DNA of 64,000 nt from a bacterium (GCA_965219955.1 OZ244799.1:3104001-3168000); one strand, 5' to 3'; shown: positions 41,018-51,289, counted from the stretch's first letter. Numbers and translations are program-made. The notes: generated by a model not told the origin, from the letters alone.

Positions 41018-41485
41018 ATGCTAAAACGGATTTTTGCAATTACAGGTGTTTTTGTCCTGGGCATTTCAGGCTGTGTCTCAGTAGAGGAATTGGCCCGACA
41101 GGAATTGGGAAGTGTCGCCGAACACAAGAGGATTTTCGTGGAGTGCAAGGGAAAGGTGTTTGCGTTCAGGGAATGGATTGAAAAGAAGAAGGTGCTTTTC
41201 ACGAAACGAGAAAGGCGCACCAAAAGCAGTCGGGTATATGCGAAATGTCTTGAGGAAAAGCTCGGGGTGGTTTTGGCAGACGTTGTTCCCACGACCAGCC
41301 TCGATATTCAATCCAAAACATCGTTGCGGTTTTATAATGTTGGGCTCTTAGCTGAACGATTTTTTGAGCGTGCTCGAAAATGGGATGAGGTCATCCACGA
41401 AAACGGCGAGCCGTGGAAAGGGTACTGGCTAGAACACAATGAGATGATAGATAAGTGGCGAAAGATATACAAGGATGCAAATTAG
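41018..41485 (+). CDS. Hypothetical lipoprotein
   Basis: MLKRIFAITGVFVLGISGC lipobox; ATG 2 nt after the upstream stop. Confidence 0.6.
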   Translation: MLKRIFAITGVFVLGISGCVSVEELARQELGSVAEHKRIFVECKGKVFAFREWIEKKKVLFTKRERRTKSSRVYAKCLEEKLGVVLADVVPTTSLDIQSKTSLRFYNVGLLAERFFERARKWDEVIHENGEPWKGYWLEHNEMIDKWRKIYKDAN

Positions 41486-41494
41486 GAATTCTGC

Positions 41495-41797
41495 TCACAT
41501 TTTGCTTTTCTGAATTTTCAGTTGGAGTATCTCGCTTTGAGTTTCCCTTGTGTTCTCGATTAAAGAAGCAAGTTCTTCTTTCGGAGGCCAGCGTTCGTGC
41601 CAGTCAAACTCTAGTTCAGGGCGGGGTTTGAATGTGTTTTCTTCAGCGGAATCGTCCCATGTGAGGTAAGCGAGCATTCGTTTCAGTTCTTTCGAAAGCC
41701 TTGCGGTTTTCGCTTCGAGGCAAGCGAGGGTTCTTTCGCAACTATCAAGAGCGACGATAACATGTTCTCTTTCCTTCCTTTTTTCTTCCTCGTTCAC
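41495..41797 (-). CDS. Hypothetical coiled-coil protein, probable IS1595 passenger
   Basis: 100 aa; GTG start overlaps the transposase TGA (gtga). Confidence 0.5.
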   Translation of the reverse strand: MNEEEKRKEREHVIVALDSCERTLACLEAKTARLSKELKRMLAYLTWDDSAEENTFKPRPELEFDWHERWPPKEELASLIENTRETQSEILQLKIQKSKM

Positions 41798-42260
41798 GCC
41801 GCCAAACCCTTGTATGATAGCCGCTTTCCCGTGAATCCTTCCGCTATTCTCCGCATCTGATCGGCGGTGTCTACAGACCGCTGGTTGTGGTGTCCCTCAA
41901 GCTCGTTCACGTAGCGTTGCAGGTGCTTGTTGCTGTTCTTGTGGTAGGTGCCATAAAGCCCTCTTTTGGGCATAGCCAAAATAACTCCACGCCGTTGCTA
42001 TGCGCCTGTTCCCTCACGTATTCCCCCGCGCTGTGCTTCATGGATTCATGCTCAAATCCACCATGTCTCAATAGCAGGGATTGTCGTCCGTGTAGAGCGT
42101 GGCACCCATGACGGCGTTCTCCCGCACGAAGCCCTGCAAGGTGGGCTTGTCTGGTGACCCGCCCCATTCCTCGCCCAGCTTCACGACTTCGGCGGAATCC
42201 TTGTTTGTGCTTCGGTCTTTCATGCCTATAACCGCCGTTTTCCCCAATGGCCTCTATGCC
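41794..42260 (-). pseudogene. IS1595-family (ISXO2-like) transposase remnant
   Basis: Pieces in changing frames: GKTAVIGMKDR..TLQGFV..ATLYTDD (then TGA); HES.KHS.GEYVR..AHSNGVE.FW; KRG.YGTYHK.S.KHLQRYVNE..GKRLSY. Confidence 0.85.
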
Positions 42261-42498
42261 TGTCTGAGATCGCGGCCTCGGGCCGTTCACAAGAACGTCC
42301 CACCACGAGGCGGTGCGGTTTTGTCCGTCATTCCGGTGTCAGTCCCGGCCGGGGAGGGAGTGATTGTGCGGCCGCGCGGAAAACGGACAGTCTGTGCGTT
42401 TGGAATGTTCGAACTTGAGACCCGGCTTTCTCGCCGTAGCAAAGAAAAGTGACGCACCCCTAAGAACAAGCGCGCCGTGTCCGCAAAGAGGCGCATTG

Positions 42499-42522
42499 GC
42501 CCCCTGCTAAAAAGCAAGGGGC
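42499..42522 (-). terminator. Stem-loop downstream of nuoN
   Basis: gccccttgct-tttt-agcagggggc ~30 nt after the stop; no clear U tract. Confidence 0.4.
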
Positions 42523-42553
42523 GGGCGTACGATTCAGATGTTGCGTGTGATTG

Positions 42554-44056
42554 CTAGATGAAGCCGGCGACGGTGCCCTTCGCCGCGTCCAGGAAGCTGC
42601 CCGGGAAGATGCCCAGCAGAAGCGTCCCCACCACCAGCACCACCATCGCGAAGAAGAGCGAGGGCGCGCTCGAGAGGCTCATCACCTCCTGGGTCTCGCC
42701 CCGGTTCTCCATGTACAACACCATGATGATGCGCCCGTAGTAGTACATCGAGACCGCGCTCATCACGAGCCCGATGGCGGCGAGCCAGTAATACTCGTTC
42801 TGCACCGCCGCGGCGAACAGGTAGAGCTTGCCGACGAAGCCGGCCGTCGGCGGTATGCCGCCGAGCGAGAGCAGGAACACCACGAAGGCCATGCCCGCCC
42901 AGGGATGCGCCTGCCCGATTCCCTTCCAGTCCTCGATGTTGTCGCCCCGGTAGCCGTCGCGGCACACGAGAATCAGCATCCCGAAGGCCCCGAGGTTCGT
43001 GAACAGGTAGGCGAGCAGATAGAACGCCACCGCGCTGATGCCGATGTCGGTGAACGTCACCTTGCCGTCCACGACGCTCATGGAGACCACCACGCCCATC
43101 AGCACGTAGCCCGCATGCCCGATGCTCGAATACGCCAGCATGCGCTTGAGGCTCGTCTGCGCGATGGCCGCCACGTTCCCCCACACCATCGTGAACGCCG
43201 TGAGCACCCACAACAGGGTGTTCCAGCTCTCGGCCATGGCCGGGAACGCCACGAAGAATATCCGCATCAGGGCGGCCACGGTCGCGAACTTGACGGCCAC
43301 GGACATGAAGCCCGTGATCGGCGTCGGCGCGCCCGTATAGGCGTCGGGCAGCCACATGTGGAACGGCGCCAGCGCCAGCTTGAAGCCGAAGCCCGCGACG
43401 AGGAGGATGAGGCCGAAAATCATCGCCGGGTTCTGCGCGATGGCGGCGCCGCCCGAGCCCGCGAACGCCTCCGCGATTCCGCGAATCGAGGTCGTTCCGG
43501 TAAACCCGTAGGTAAGCGCCATGCCGTAGAGCAGGACGCCCGAGGCGAAGGCGCCCATCAGGAAATACTTGAGGCCCGCCTCCCGGCTCAGGGGGTCGTG
43601 CCGCATGAACGCCACGAGCACGTAGATGCTGATGCTCATGGTTTCGAGCCCCAGATAGACGGTGAGCAAATCGTTGCCCGAGGCCATCACGAGCATCCCG
43701 AACACCGAGAAGAGCAGCATGGCGTAGAATTCGCCGTAGTTGATCTTCTCCACCTTTGCGTATTGAAGCATCAGCAGGATGGAGATGGCCGTACAGGCCA
43801 GCACGCACACCTTCACGAACACGCTCATGTTGTCGACTACGTAAAAGCCGTTGAACGTCGTTCTCGCGCCCTCGCCCCATTGCCCGAAGGCGACGAGCCC
43901 CAGGATAACGACCCCCACGAACGCCACGACGCCCACGCGGGATTTGTTCTCCATCGACACGAACAGGTCGAGGATCAGGACCGTGCAGACGAGTATGGCC
44001 AGCCCGATTTCGGGAAGCGCCAGGGATAAGGCGATGTCGGGAATCACCACTTCCAT
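42554..44056 (-). CDS. nuoN: NADH-quinone oxidoreductase subunit N (cluster 2)
   Basis: EAGLKYFLMGA, APFHMWLPDAYTGAP, KRMLAYSSIGH, PPTAGFVGK. Confidence 0.95.
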   Translation of the reverse strand: MEVVIPDIALSLALPEIGLAILVCTVLILDLFVSMENKSRVGVVAFVGVVILGLVAFGQWGEGARTTFNGFYVVDNMSVFVKVCVLACTAISILLMLQYAKVEKINYGEFYAMLLFSVFGMLVMASGNDLLTVYLGLETMSISIYVLVAFMRHDPLSREAGLKYFLMGAFASGVLLYGMALTYGFTGTTSIRGIAEAFAGSGGAAIAQNPAMIFGLILLVAGFGFKLALAPFHMWLPDAYTGAPTPITGFMSVAVKFATVAALMRIFFVAFPAMAESWNTLLWVLTAFTMVWGNVAAIAQTSLKRMLAYSSIGHAGYVLMGVVVSMSVVDGKVTFTDIGISAVAFYLLAYLFTNLGAFGMLILVCRDGYRGDNIEDWKGIGQAHPWAGMAFVVFLLSLGGIPPTAGFVGKLYLFAAAVQNEYYWLAAIGLVMSAVSMYYYGRIIMVLYMENRGETQEVMSLSSAPSLFFAMVVLVVGTLLLGIFPGSFLDAAKGTVAGFI

Positions 44057-44091
44057 CAGAAAGACTCCATCAATTCAAGCGAAAACGCTGT

Positions 44092-45639
44092 TTATTTCTC
44101 GAGCTTCGTCATTTTGCCGAGCGCGGCCTTTTGCGGAACCTCCGCCACGTTCACCATCTTCACGACCTTCTTCACGCTCGCCTCCATCCTCCCGAGGAAC
44201 GGCTTGGGATACAGGCCGATCCAGAACATCAGGATGATCAGCGGCATCAGGTAGAGAACCTCGCGCGCGTTGCAGTCGGTGAGCTTCTCGTTCTCCGGAT
44301 TATCCAGCGTCCCGAAGAACACCCGCTGGAAGAGCCAGAGCATGTACGCCGCTCCCAGGACGATGCCGATGACGGCGAACGCGGCGTACACGTAGCTCTT
44401 CTTGAACGCGCCGATGAGGATCAGGAACTCGCCCACGAATCCGTTCAGCCCCGGCAGGCCGATGCTGCTCAGCATCGTGATGGCGAAGAGCACCGTATAG
44501 ACCGGCACGATTTTCGAGAGGCCGCCGTAGTCGGAGATGAGCCGCGTATGACGCCTCTCGTAAACGACGCCCACCAGGAGGAACAAGGCGCCCGTGCTGA
44601 TCCCGTGGTTGATCATCTGGAGCTGTCCGCCGAGCACGCCCTGCTCGTTCAAGGCGAAAACGCCCAGCATCACGAAGCCCAGGTGGCTCACAGAGGAATA
44701 GGCCACCAGTTTCTTGATGTCGGTCTGCGCCATGGCCACCAGCGCCCCGTAGATGATGCCGATGATGGAGAGCAACACCATGAAGGGCACGAAAACCTGG
44801 CTCGCCTGGGGCAGCAGGGGCAGGGCGAAGCGCACGAATCCGTAGGTTCCCATTTTCAACAGGATGCCCGCCAGGATCACGCTGCCCGCCGTGGGCGCTT
44901 CCACGTGCGCGTCCGGCAGCCAGGTGTGGAAGGGGAACATGGGGACCTTGATGGCGAAGCCGATGAAGAACGCCAGGAATATCCATATCTGGAGCGATAA
45001 CGGAATCTTCGGCCCCACGGCGTAGAGTTCCACCAGATCGAACGTGAGGGTCCCGGTGCCCATTTTCAGGTTGGCGAAGTAGTACGCCAGAATTCCCAAC
45101 AGCATCAACACGCTGCCGAACAGCGTATAGAGGAAGAACTTGATCGCCGCGTAGAGCTTCCTCGGCCCGCCCCACACGCCGATGAGGAAGTACATCGGCA
45201 CCAAGGTGATCTCGAAGAACACGTAGAAGAGGAAAATATCGAGCGCGATGAAGGTGCCCAGCATGCCGGTCGCCAGCAAGAGGAGGCAGACGTAGTATTC
45301 TTTTTCGCGCTCCTCGATGGCGGTGAACGAGCACACGACCCCTATGATCATCGTCAGCGTCGTGAGCAGGACGAGCAGCACGCTGATCCCGTCGATGCCG
45401 ACGAAATAGCTCACCCCGATGGTGGGTATCCAGCTCACCTTCTCCACGAACTGAAAGCCGGCTTCGGCCTGATCGAAAAGGAACCATAAGGGAAGTGAAA
45501 TCAGGAAGTCCAAGACCACCACCGCCGTGGCGAAACCCTTGATGGCTTTCGTCTGCTCTTTCTTCATGAAGAGCATGATAATCACCGCGCCCAACGCGGG
45601 CAGGAAGGTGATCAGCGTAAGAAGCGGCATGTTACTCAT
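44092..45639 (-). CDS. nuoM: NADH-quinone oxidoreductase subunit M (cluster 2)
   Basis: GIDGIS, FPFHTWLPDAHVEAPTAGS, AYSSVSH, GLNGFVGEF. Confidence 0.95.
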   Translation of the reverse strand: MSNMPLLTLITFLPALGAVIIMLFMKKEQTKAIKGFATAVVVLDFLISLPLWFLFDQAEAGFQFVEKVSWIPTIGVSYFVGIDGISVLLVLLTTLTMIIGVVCSFTAIEEREKEYYVCLLLLATGMLGTFIALDIFLFYVFFEITLVPMYFLIGVWGGPRKLYAAIKFFLYTLFGSVLMLLGILAYYFANLKMGTGTLTFDLVELYAVGPKIPLSLQIWIFLAFFIGFAIKVPMFPFHTWLPDAHVEAPTAGSVILAGILLKMGTYGFVRFALPLLPQASQVFVPFMVLLSIIGIIYGALVAMAQTDIKKLVAYSSVSHLGFVMLGVFALNEQGVLGGQLQMINHGISTGALFLLVGVVYERRHTRLISDYGGLSKIVPVYTVLFAITMLSSIGLPGLNGFVGEFLILIGAFKKSYVYAAFAVIGIVLGAAYMLWLFQRVFFGTLDNPENEKLTDCNAREVLYLMPLIILMFWIGLYPKPFLGRMEASVKKVVKMVNVAEVPQKAALGKMTKLEK

Positions 45640-45662
45640 AGTTCCTCCAAAACCTCATCGCA

Positions 45663-47684
45663 TCAGCGGAAAAGGTACGCGCTCAGCATCACGAAGATGC
45701 CCAACAGCATCACGAAAAGATAATTCTGAACCATTCCGGATTGCAGGTATTTGAATACCTGGGAGAAAAAGCGGATGAAGCTCGCCGTGCCGTTCACCGC
45801 GCCGTCCACCGTCCGGAGGTCGAAAATGCCCGAGAAGCGGCTCGACACGACGGTGATGAGCGAACTGCCGTTCACCGCGCCGTCCACCACTTTCGCATCG
45901 AAGGTCCACAGGCCGCGCATGAGCTTGTATGTCGGCTCGACGATGCAGGCCTGGTAAATCTCGTCGATATAGTACTTGCCGAGCAGCAGACGATACATGC
46001 CCGTAAAACGCTCGTACAGGCGATTCGGCGCCTCGGTGTCCCTCACGTACATGTGCCACGCCAGGGCGATCCCGCCCACGGCGACGGCGATGGCCAGGAT
46101 GATCAGGAGCACCACGGCAGGCCCGCTGTGCCCGCCGCCGGCCGCGGCGTTCATCAGGTGAACGCCCTGGTCCATGGCGTGGCCGCCCGCCGGCATCTTC
46201 GCCAGAGAGGGCGCCAGGAAGCGGTGTATCCAGCCGGCCTCGGGAGGGAATCCGGGAATCACGCCGCCGATGACGCTCAGGACGGCCAGGATGACGAGTG
46301 GAACCGTCATCGTGGAGGGTGATTCGTGAATGTATTCGCGGGCGTGATGGTCGACGCGCATCTCTCCGTGAAACGTCATGAAGATGAGCCGGAACATGTA
46401 GAAGGCCGTCATGAAGGCCGCAACGGTGCCCATGATCCAGACCGTGTAGTGCCCCGTGAAGAAGGCGTTCGCCAGAATCTCGTCCTTGCTCCAGAAGCCC
46501 GCGAGCGGCGGCACCCCCGCAATGGCGATAGCGCCTATCAGGAACGTCCAGTACGTGATGGGCATCTTGTCCTTCAAGCCGCCCATGTAGCGCATGTCCT
46601 GCTGCTGATCCTCGGGCGCGTGGTGAAGCGCGTGGATGACGCTGCCGCTGCCCAAAAAGAGCAGGCCCTTGAAGAAGGCGTGGGTCATCAGGTGGAAGAT
46701 GCCGGCCGTGAATGCGCCCACGCCCAGCGCCATGAACATGAAGCCGAGCTGGCTCACCGTGCTGTAGGCGAGCACGCGCTTGATGTCGTTTTGCACCAGG
46801 CCGATGCTCGCGGCGAACAGGCCCGTGAGCGCGCCGACGATGGCGATGACGCTCATCGCGTCCGGCCCCATGACGTAGATGGGGCTCGTGCGCGCGACCA
46901 TGTAGACGCCCGCCGTCACCATGGTGGCGGCGTGGATGAGCGCGCTCACAGGGGTGGGGCCTTCCATGGCGTCGGGAAGCCAGACGTAGAGCGGAATCTG
47001 CGCGCTCTTGCCGATGGCGCCGACGAACAGCAGGAGACCGACGGCCGAGGCCGCCGCCGCGCTCATCTCGGGAGCCGCCTTGAAGACCTCCGTGTAGGTG
47101 AGGCTGCCGGTCAGCGTCCAGATGAGGAACATGCCGAGCAGAAAGCCCGCGTCGCCGATGCGGTTGACGATGAACGCCTTTTTGCCCGCGTCGGAAGCGG
47201 ATTGCTTCTCGTACCAGAAGCCGATGAGCAGATAGCTGCAAAGGCCCACGCCCTCCCAGCCGACGAACATGACGAGATAGTTGTCGCCCAGCACCAGGAG
47301 GAACATCGAGAGCATGAACAGGTTGAGCCAGGTGAAAAAGCGCGGGTAGCCCGGGTCTCCGTGCATGTAGCCCACGGCGTAGACGTGCACCAGAAAGCCC
47401 ACGCCCGACACCACGAGCAGCATGATGGTGCTCAGCGGATCGATCAGGAAGCTCATGGACACGCTGAGGCTCCCCGCTTCCACCCACGTCCAGAGCGGCA
47501 CGGTGTGGCTGCCGCCCGCGCCGAATATCATCTCTACGGCGATGCCCAGCACCACGAGAAACGACAGGCCCGCCATGACGGAAGCGATGGGGCCCGCCTT
47601 CTCGCCCACGTTCTTTCCGAAGAATCCGTTGATCAGAACCCCGATCACCGGAAAAACGGGAATGAGCCAAGCCAGTTCGATCAT
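45663..47684 (-). CDS. nuoL: NADH-quinone oxidoreductase subunit L (cluster 2)
   Basis: KSAQIPLYVWLPDAMEGPTPVSALIHAATMV, HLMTHAFFK. Confidence 0.95.
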   Translation of the reverse strand: MIELAWLIPVFPVIGVLINGFFGKNVGEKAGPIASVMAGLSFLVVLGIAVEMIFGAGGSHTVPLWTWVEAGSLSVSMSFLIDPLSTIMLLVVSGVGFLVHVYAVGYMHGDPGYPRFFTWLNLFMLSMFLLVLGDNYLVMFVGWEGVGLCSYLLIGFWYEKQSASDAGKKAFIVNRIGDAGFLLGMFLIWTLTGSLTYTEVFKAAPEMSAAAASAVGLLLFVGAIGKSAQIPLYVWLPDAMEGPTPVSALIHAATMVTAGVYMVARTSPIYVMGPDAMSVIAIVGALTGLFAASIGLVQNDIKRVLAYSTVSQLGFMFMALGVGAFTAGIFHLMTHAFFKGLLFLGSGSVIHALHHAPEDQQQDMRYMGGLKDKMPITYWTFLIGAIAIAGVPPLAGFWSKDEILANAFFTGHYTVWIMGTVAAFMTAFYMFRLIFMTFHGEMRVDHHAREYIHESPSTMTVPLVILAVLSVIGGVIPGFPPEAGWIHRFLAPSLAKMPAGGHAMDQGVHLMNAAAGGGHSGPAVVLLIILAIAVAVGGIALAWHMYVRDTEAPNRLYERFTGMYRLLLGKYYIDEIYQACIVEPTYKLMRGLWTFDAKVVDGAVNGSSLITVVSSRFSGIFDLRTVDGAVNGTASFIRFFSQVFKYLQSGMVQNYLFVMLLGIFVMLSAYLFR

Positions 47685-47691
47685 GATTCCC

Positions 47692-47994
47692 CTACCACTT
47701 CAAAAGGTTGACTTCGTCCACGTTGACCATCGTACGGTCGCGGTTCAGGGCGATGAGAATCGCAAGTCCCACGGCCGCCTCGCACGCCGCCACCGTGATG
47801 ACGAAGATCGCGAACACCTGTCCCGTCATATCCGCCAGATGGCGCGAGAAGCCCACGAAAGTCACGTTCACGGCGTTGAGCATCAATTCGATCGACAACA
47901 GGATGATGATGGCGTTGCGGCGCATCAGCACGCCCATCGCGCCGATGAGGAACAAGATGGCGCCCAGGACTAGAAAATGGGTCATCGATATCAT
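47692..47994 (-). CDS. nuoK: NADH-quinone oxidoreductase subunit K (cluster 2)
   Basis: [20 protein letters not shown]. Confidence 0.95.
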   Translation of the reverse strand: MISMTHFLVLGAILFLIGAMGVLMRRNAIIILLSIELMLNAVNVTFVGFSRHLADMTGQVFAIFVITVAACEAAVGLAILIALNRDRTMVNVDEVNLLKW

Positions 47995-48013
47995 AGCGGG
48001 TTCTCTCTCCCCT

Positions 48014-48523
48014 TTATCGCTCTATCCTGCGCTTCGCGAGAACGATGGCGCCGATCATCGCGGCCAGCAGGAGGATGGAGGCCACCTCGAAAGGGAACAG
48101 GAATTTCGTGTACAGGACCGCGCCCAGGGCCTCGACGTTGCCCGGCGTGGCTCCCAGCGACCACTCCCATTGCTTGGGCTTCGCGAACTCCACATCCCCC
48201 AGCACGGCCCATATTTCCAGGCCCAGCAGGACGGCCGCCACGAGCACCACGACGCCCTGGCGGTGCCACTGCCGCATCCGCACGGCCACCTCCACGTTCA
48301 TCAGCATGATCGAGAACAGGTAGAGCACCATGATGCCGCCCGCGTAGAGCAGAATCTGCACCGCCGCCAGAAACTCCGCTCCCGCCAGCACGAAGACGCC
48401 CGCGAGGAAGAAGAACGTCAGCACCAGCAGCAAGGCCGCGTGAATCACGTTCGCGCGCGTGATCATCAGCAAGGAGGTGAGGATCATCCCGCCTGCGAAC
48501 ATATAGAAGAAATATAGCTCCAC
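48014..48523 (-). CDS. nuoJ: NADH-quinone oxidoreductase subunit J (cluster 2)
   Basis: [34 protein letters not shown]. Confidence 0.93.
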   Translation of the reverse strand: MELYFFYMFAGGMILTSLLMITRANVIHAALLLVLTFFFLAGVFVLAGAEFLAAVQILLYAGGIMVLYLFSIMLMNVEVAVRMRQWHRQGVVVLVAAVLLGLEIWAVLGDVEFAKPKQWEWSLGATPGNVEALGAVLYTKFLFPFEVASILLLAAMIGAIVLAKRRIER

Positions 48524-48542
48524 CCTGCGTATCTCCCGCGAG

Positions 48543-49514
48543 TTACAAGAACAGGTACTTCAGGAATCCGGTCAGGAAAATGTTGATCATCACGAGCGGG
48601 AACATGAACTTCCAGCCCACGCGCATCAGCTGATCGTAGCGGTAGCGCGGCAGCGTCGCCCGCAACCATATGAACACGAACATGAATACGGAGAGCTTCA
48701 GCATGTACCAGACGAAGCCGGGAAGCGGAATGAAATCCGGTCCTTCCCATCCGCCGAAGAACAGCACGATGCCCACCGTCGATACGACAAACATGTTGGC
48801 GTATTCCGCCAGAAAGAAGAACGCGAACTTCATCCCGCTGTATTCGGTGTGGAAGCCCGCCACGAGTTCGGTCTCCGCCTCGGGCAGGTCGAAGGGCGCG
48901 CGGTTCGTCTCCGCCATCGCCGCGATGAAGAAGACGATAAAGGCTATCGGCTGATAGAACACGAACCACACGTCGCTCTGCGCGTGCACGATCTCCTGTA
49001 AGTTCATGGAACCCGCGAGCATCAGCGGCCCGATGACGGAGAAGCCCAGGAAAATCTCGTAGCTCAGCATCTGCGCCGCGCTCCTGAGCGCGCCCAGAAG
49101 CGAGTACTTGCTGTTCGAGGCCCAGCCCGCCATCACGATGCCGAACACGCCGAGCGAACTGATCGCCAGGATGAAGAACAGCCCGATGTTGATTTGCGTG
49201 ATGTAGAACGTCGCGCTGAAGGGCAGCACCGCGTAGACGACCAGGGCGGGCACCAGCACCATCACGGGCGCCAGGACGAACACGATGCGGTCCGACTTGT
49301 CGGGGATGATGTCTTCTTTCAGGAACAGCTTCAGTCCGTCCGCTATCGGCTGGAGAAGCCCGTGCCAGCCCACGCGCATGGGTCCCAGGCGCATCTGGAC
49401 GTGGGCGATCACCTTTCGCTCGACGTAGATCGTATACGCCACCGCGAGCTGCACGACGTTTACTACGATGAATATCTTTATCGCGGCGACCGCGATTTCA
49501 AGCGCCATGTCCAA
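48543..49514 (-). CDS. nuoH: NADH-quinone oxidoreductase subunit H (cluster 2)
   Basis: [33 protein letters not shown]. Confidence 0.95.
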   Translation of the reverse strand: MDMALEIAVAAIKIFIVVNVVQLAVAYTIYVERKVIAHVQMRLGPMRVGWHGLLQPIADGLKLFLKEDIIPDKSDRIVFVLAPVMVLVPALVVYAVLPFSATFYITQINIGLFFILAISSLGVFGIVMAGWASNSKYSLLGALRSAAQMLSYEIFLGFSVIGPLMLAGSMNLQEIVHAQSDVWFVFYQPIAFIVFFIAAMAETNRAPFDLPEAETELVAGFHTEYSGMKFAFFFLAEYANMFVVSTVGIVLFFGGWEGPDFIPLPGFVWYMLKLSVFMFVFIWLRATLPRYRYDQLMRVGWKFMFPLVMINIFLTGFLKYLFL

Positions 49515-49526
49515 CGATACTACTCC

Positions 49527-50669
49527 TTACCGATCACACTCGCCCAAAACGATGTCGATGCTACCGATGATAGCCACCACGTCCGCGACCAACTGCCCGA
49601 CGCACAGCTTCTTGAGCCCGCCGAGGTTGATGAATGAGGGCGGGCGGATGCGGACGCGATAGGGCGTCGTCGTTCCATCGCTCACGATGTAGAAACCGAA
49701 CTCGCCCTTGGGGTTCTCGATGCTGTGGTATATCTCGCCCTCGGGGGGCTTGATGGTTCGCGGCGTCTTGCAGGTCACCGGCCCGCCGGGAAGCTGCTCC
49801 AGGCACTGCTGGATGATGCGGGTGCTCTGGCGCAACTCCTCGATGCGCACCAGATAACGGTCGTAGATGTCGCCGTTCTCGCCGACGGGCACGACGAAGT
49901 CGAGATAGGGATACGCGGCGTAGGGCTTGGCGCGCCTCAGGTCCCAACGCACGCCGCTGCCCCGGATGATCGGGCCCGTGAGGCCCAAGTCCATCGCGTC
50001 CTCGGCGGAGATGATGCCCACGTCGCGCGTCCTCTGCAGCCAGATGCGGTTGTTGGTGAGCAGCGTCTCGTAATCGTCGACCCGGCTCGGGAAAAGATCG
50101 ACGAACTCCTGCGTGAGCTGCAGGAACTTGTCCGGCACGTCCTCGTGCAGACCCCCGAGCCGGAAGGCGTTCACCGTCAGGCGGCCGCCGAACGCCGTCT
50201 CGAAGAGATCGAGCACCATCTCGCGCTCCCTGAAGCACCACAGGAACACCGTCATCGCCCCGATGTCCAGGGCGTGCGTGGCGAGCCAGAGCAGATGGCT
50301 GGCGATGCGGGAGAGCTCCCCCACCATCGAGCGGATGTACTGCGCCCGCATGGGGATCTCCCAGTCGAAGAATTTCTCCACCGCCGTGACCCACGCGAGA
50401 TTGTTCGAGGGAGCCGCGATGTAGTCGAGGCGGTCCGTATAGGGGATGAACATCGTGTAGGTGATGTTCTCGCCGATCTTCTCGGTACCTCGGTGCAGGT
50501 AGCCGATGTCGCAGTCGAGATCGTTCACCGTCTCGCCGTCGAGCTTCAGGATGACCCGGAGCACTCCGTGCGTACTCGGGTGCTGGGGACCCATGTTGAT
50601 GACGAGTTCTTCCGTCCCGTGCAGGGTGCTCTGCTGCTCGATGCGAGACACGTTCGCTACGCCGACCAT
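49527..50669 (-). CDS. nuoD: NADH-quinone oxidoreductase subunit D (cluster 2)
   Basis: NMGPQHPSTHGVLR, GYLHRG.EK, DRLDY, DIVLGECDR. Confidence 0.95.
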   Translation of the reverse strand: MVGVANVSRIEQQSTLHGTEELVINMGPQHPSTHGVLRVILKLDGETVNDLDCDIGYLHRGTEKIGENITYTMFIPYTDRLDYIAAPSNNLAWVTAVEKFFDWEIPMRAQYIRSMVGELSRIASHLLWLATHALDIGAMTVFLWCFREREMVLDLFETAFGGRLTVNAFRLGGLHEDVPDKFLQLTQEFVDLFPSRVDDYETLLTNNRIWLQRTRDVGIISAEDAMDLGLTGPIIRGSGVRWDLRRAKPYAAYPYLDFVVPVGENGDIYDRYLVRIEELRQSTRIIQQCLEQLPGGPVTCKTPRTIKPPEGEIYHSIENPKGEFGFYIVSDGTTTPYRVRIRPPSFINLGGLKKLCVGQLVADVVAIIGSIDIVLGECDR

Positions 50670-50698
50670 TTCTTCATTCCCTCAAAAGCTGCGCTGCT

Positions 50699-51289
50699 CT
50701 AGTCGCCGATTTCCTTGCGCTTCGGCTTGGTGTAAATCCGCTCTCCCCGGCCCTCCAGGGGATAGTCCTTTCTCATCGGATGGCTGCCCCAGTTGTCGGG
50801 CAGTAGTATCCGCCGCAAATCCGGATGGTCCTCGAATTCGATGCCGAACAAATCGTACACCTCGCGCTCCATCCAGTCCGCGCTGCTCCATACCCCCGAA
50901 ACCGTAGGCATGGACTGACCATCCTTGATCCGCACCTTCAGGCGAAGCCTGCGGTTATGCTCGATGCTATAGAGGTGATACAGCACCTCGAAGGGATTTT
51001 CGGCCTCCGGGTAGTGCGTCGCGGTCAGGTCGGTGAGGAGCTCGAAATGCGAATCGCCGTGATCACGAAGATGGGTGGCCACGGCGACGATGGCATCGAA
51101 CCCCACGACGAACGTCGCCTCGTCCTCCTCGTCCTGGTAGGCGCTCTGCTCCAGGACGGCTCCCGGAAACGCCGATTCCACCACTTCCTTCAAATCCTCG
51201 CCGGGCGGGGTCTTCACCTCTTCGGCGGATTCCTCGGATTCAGGCGCGCCGTCCGTCTGCTCGCTGTTTTCCACTGCTTCGTCGGACAT
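50699..51289 (-). CDS. nuoC: NADH-quinone oxidoreductase subunit C (cluster 2)
   Basis: WMEREVYDLFGI.F..HPDLRRIL..HPMRKDYPL. Confidence 0.95.
   Translation of the reverse strand: MSDEAVENSEQTDGAPESEESAEEVKTPPGEDLKEVVESAFPGAVLEQSAYQDEEDEATFVVGFDAIVAVATHLRDHGDSHFELLTDLTATHYPEAENPFEVLYHLYSIEHNRRLRLKVRIKDGQSMPTVSGVWSSADWMEREVYDLFGIEFEDHPDLRRILLPDNWGSHPMRKDYPLEGRGERIYTKPKRKEIGD

Larger units (their letters stand above)
38080..42848. mobile_element. Putative integrated element or remnant at nuoN, bounded by ~300 bp direct repeats
   Basis: 38080-38381 repeats 42547-42848; the interior is AT-richer with accessory genes and an IS remnant; no integrase visible. Confidence 0.7.

Noticed and set aside
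42061-42075. TGA in the IS1595 remnant as a Sec codon
   Set aside because: Not at a Cys position, accompanied by frameshifts, and no SECIS-like hairpin; ordinary decay.
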